A stretch of 64,000 bases of DNA from Callorhinchus milii (taxonomy: Eukaryota). The number at the start of each line of letters is the position of its first letter. Position 1 is the first letter of the stretch. The stretch is taken from NCBI RefSeq assembly GCF_018977255.1, contig NW_024704743.1, positions 103,666,001-103,730,000 on the forward strand. Direction: 5' to 3'. A program made the translations under genes and the position numbers. Below are positions 63,048-64,000 of this stretch, in pieces. The notes under the pieces are model-generated. The model had not been told where the DNA came from. It worked only from the letters and a program-made list of their open reading frames with translations, and ran no database searches.

Positions 63048-63246
63048 AATAATCCTTGCATTTGATATAGCGCTTTTCACATCAGGAGGACGTCCCAAAG
63101 CGCTTCACAGAACACACTGTAAAGTGAATTGACTGTATATTTGTGGGCGAACACGGCAGCCAATTGCGCACAGCAATGTCCCACAAATAGTCGTAGATTG
63201 AAAATGACCAATTTATTATTGTTTTTAGTTTTTGGAGGGATTATTC
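63048..63246 (-). mobile_element. SINE family B, 3' part
   Basis: Reverse complement of 28328-28535. Confidence 0.9.
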
Positions 63247-63375
63247 TTCAAAACAGATTGCAAATGAAAAGCTACACATTGCCAGTATTTTTATAGTTTC
63301 ACTTTGTAACATTCCTCCCTCATGTGCACAGTATTTATTCAAAAATACACTAAAATGAGTAAATACCCAATTATC

Positions 63376-63530
63376 TATAATCAAATCAATAATCAAATGG
63401 ATAGCCGGCTATGTATAATCAAATCGATAGCTGGCTACATATTATCAAATCGATAGCCAGCCATTTATAATCAATGGTTAGCTATCTGTGATCAATAGTC
63501 GGTTATGTGTCATCAATAGCCGACTAATAG
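63376..63530. repeat. Degenerate minisatellite, ~21-26 bp unit TATAATCAAATCGATAGCCGGCTA
   Basis: About six units visible, most with ATC(G/A)ATAG plus a palindromic TAGCCGGCTA-like core. Confidence 0.8.
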
Positions 63531-63539
63531 TTGTATTGT

Positions 63540-64000
63540 GACTACAGAGAGGCTTTGTGAACATTACGTCCACCCTCCATCTCTGTGCCTACCATTGGAA
63601 AAACCTGGTTGCTGTTCTTATGCATCTACATGAATCACCTTAAGAAAGTGTTGATCATGGCTGTTCCCACTATGTTTGCAGGCTTAGTGTTGACTACACC
63701 AATGTAACTTAGAAAAAAGATCTGATGCTCCTGCAACACATCCTCCGGGTGACCACGTATAGTTTCATTTGTTGCAGAATCATACGGAGGTTTACAAAAA
63801 ACAATTTTAACTGGAATGCTGAAAGCAGAGAGGATGAACCCAGGCATAGTGAACATCTTCACCAACACTGTCCATAGTTTCTCATTGAATATTAAAAAAT
63901 ATGCAAAATTAATAGGGTGTTGACTTGTCTTGAGGTTTATTGCAGCTGAAGATCCAAAATCGTGAAAAGCTTTGTGTTGCAAAACGCCTCAGTATGTTTG
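63540..64000 (-). mobile_element. Old CR1 ORF2 3' end
   Basis: Minus strand TIRGH...FFLS..VVNT.PANIVGTAMINTFLR resembles TRGH...FFS.RVVN.WN.LP..VV.A.SINTFK. Confidence 0.6.

Noticed and set aside
63376..63530. CRISPR-like array
   Set aside because: No unique spacers, degenerate units, vertebrate context, no cas genes

Overview
Repeat-dense, AT-rich vertebrate genomic DNA with no recognisable protein-coding gene, rRNA, true tRNA gene or CRISPR array; it reads as intronic or intergenic sequence. The repeat mix is Deu-domain tRNA-SINEs sharing a 3' tail with L2 LINEs, many CR1 and L2 3' fragments, Penelope-type palindromes and GGG-ended MITE-like palindromes. This points to a cartilaginous fish (inference, not verified). 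The ORFs I could interpret are LINE ORF2 remnants or reading frames through SINEs; the rest look like chance. Most notable: (1) a CpG-rich ~505 bp solo LTR with a TAR-like hairpin at the predicted +1 and a competing U3-dependent helix; (2) a near-perfect 149 bp fold-back duplication inside an old SINE; (3) a Penelope-type palindrome with a hammerhead ribozyme core; (4) an old repeat family resembling the LF-SINE body; (5) compensatory base changes in the SINE/L2 tail stem-loop; (6) a modular second SINE family; (7) several nested insertions; (8) a few candidate regulatory islands. Bases 1-277 duplicate 21884-22161 next to an N gap and are probably an assembly artefact. Repeat boundaries are by eye and approximate; family names come from recalled consensus features and need Dfam/Repbase confirmation.
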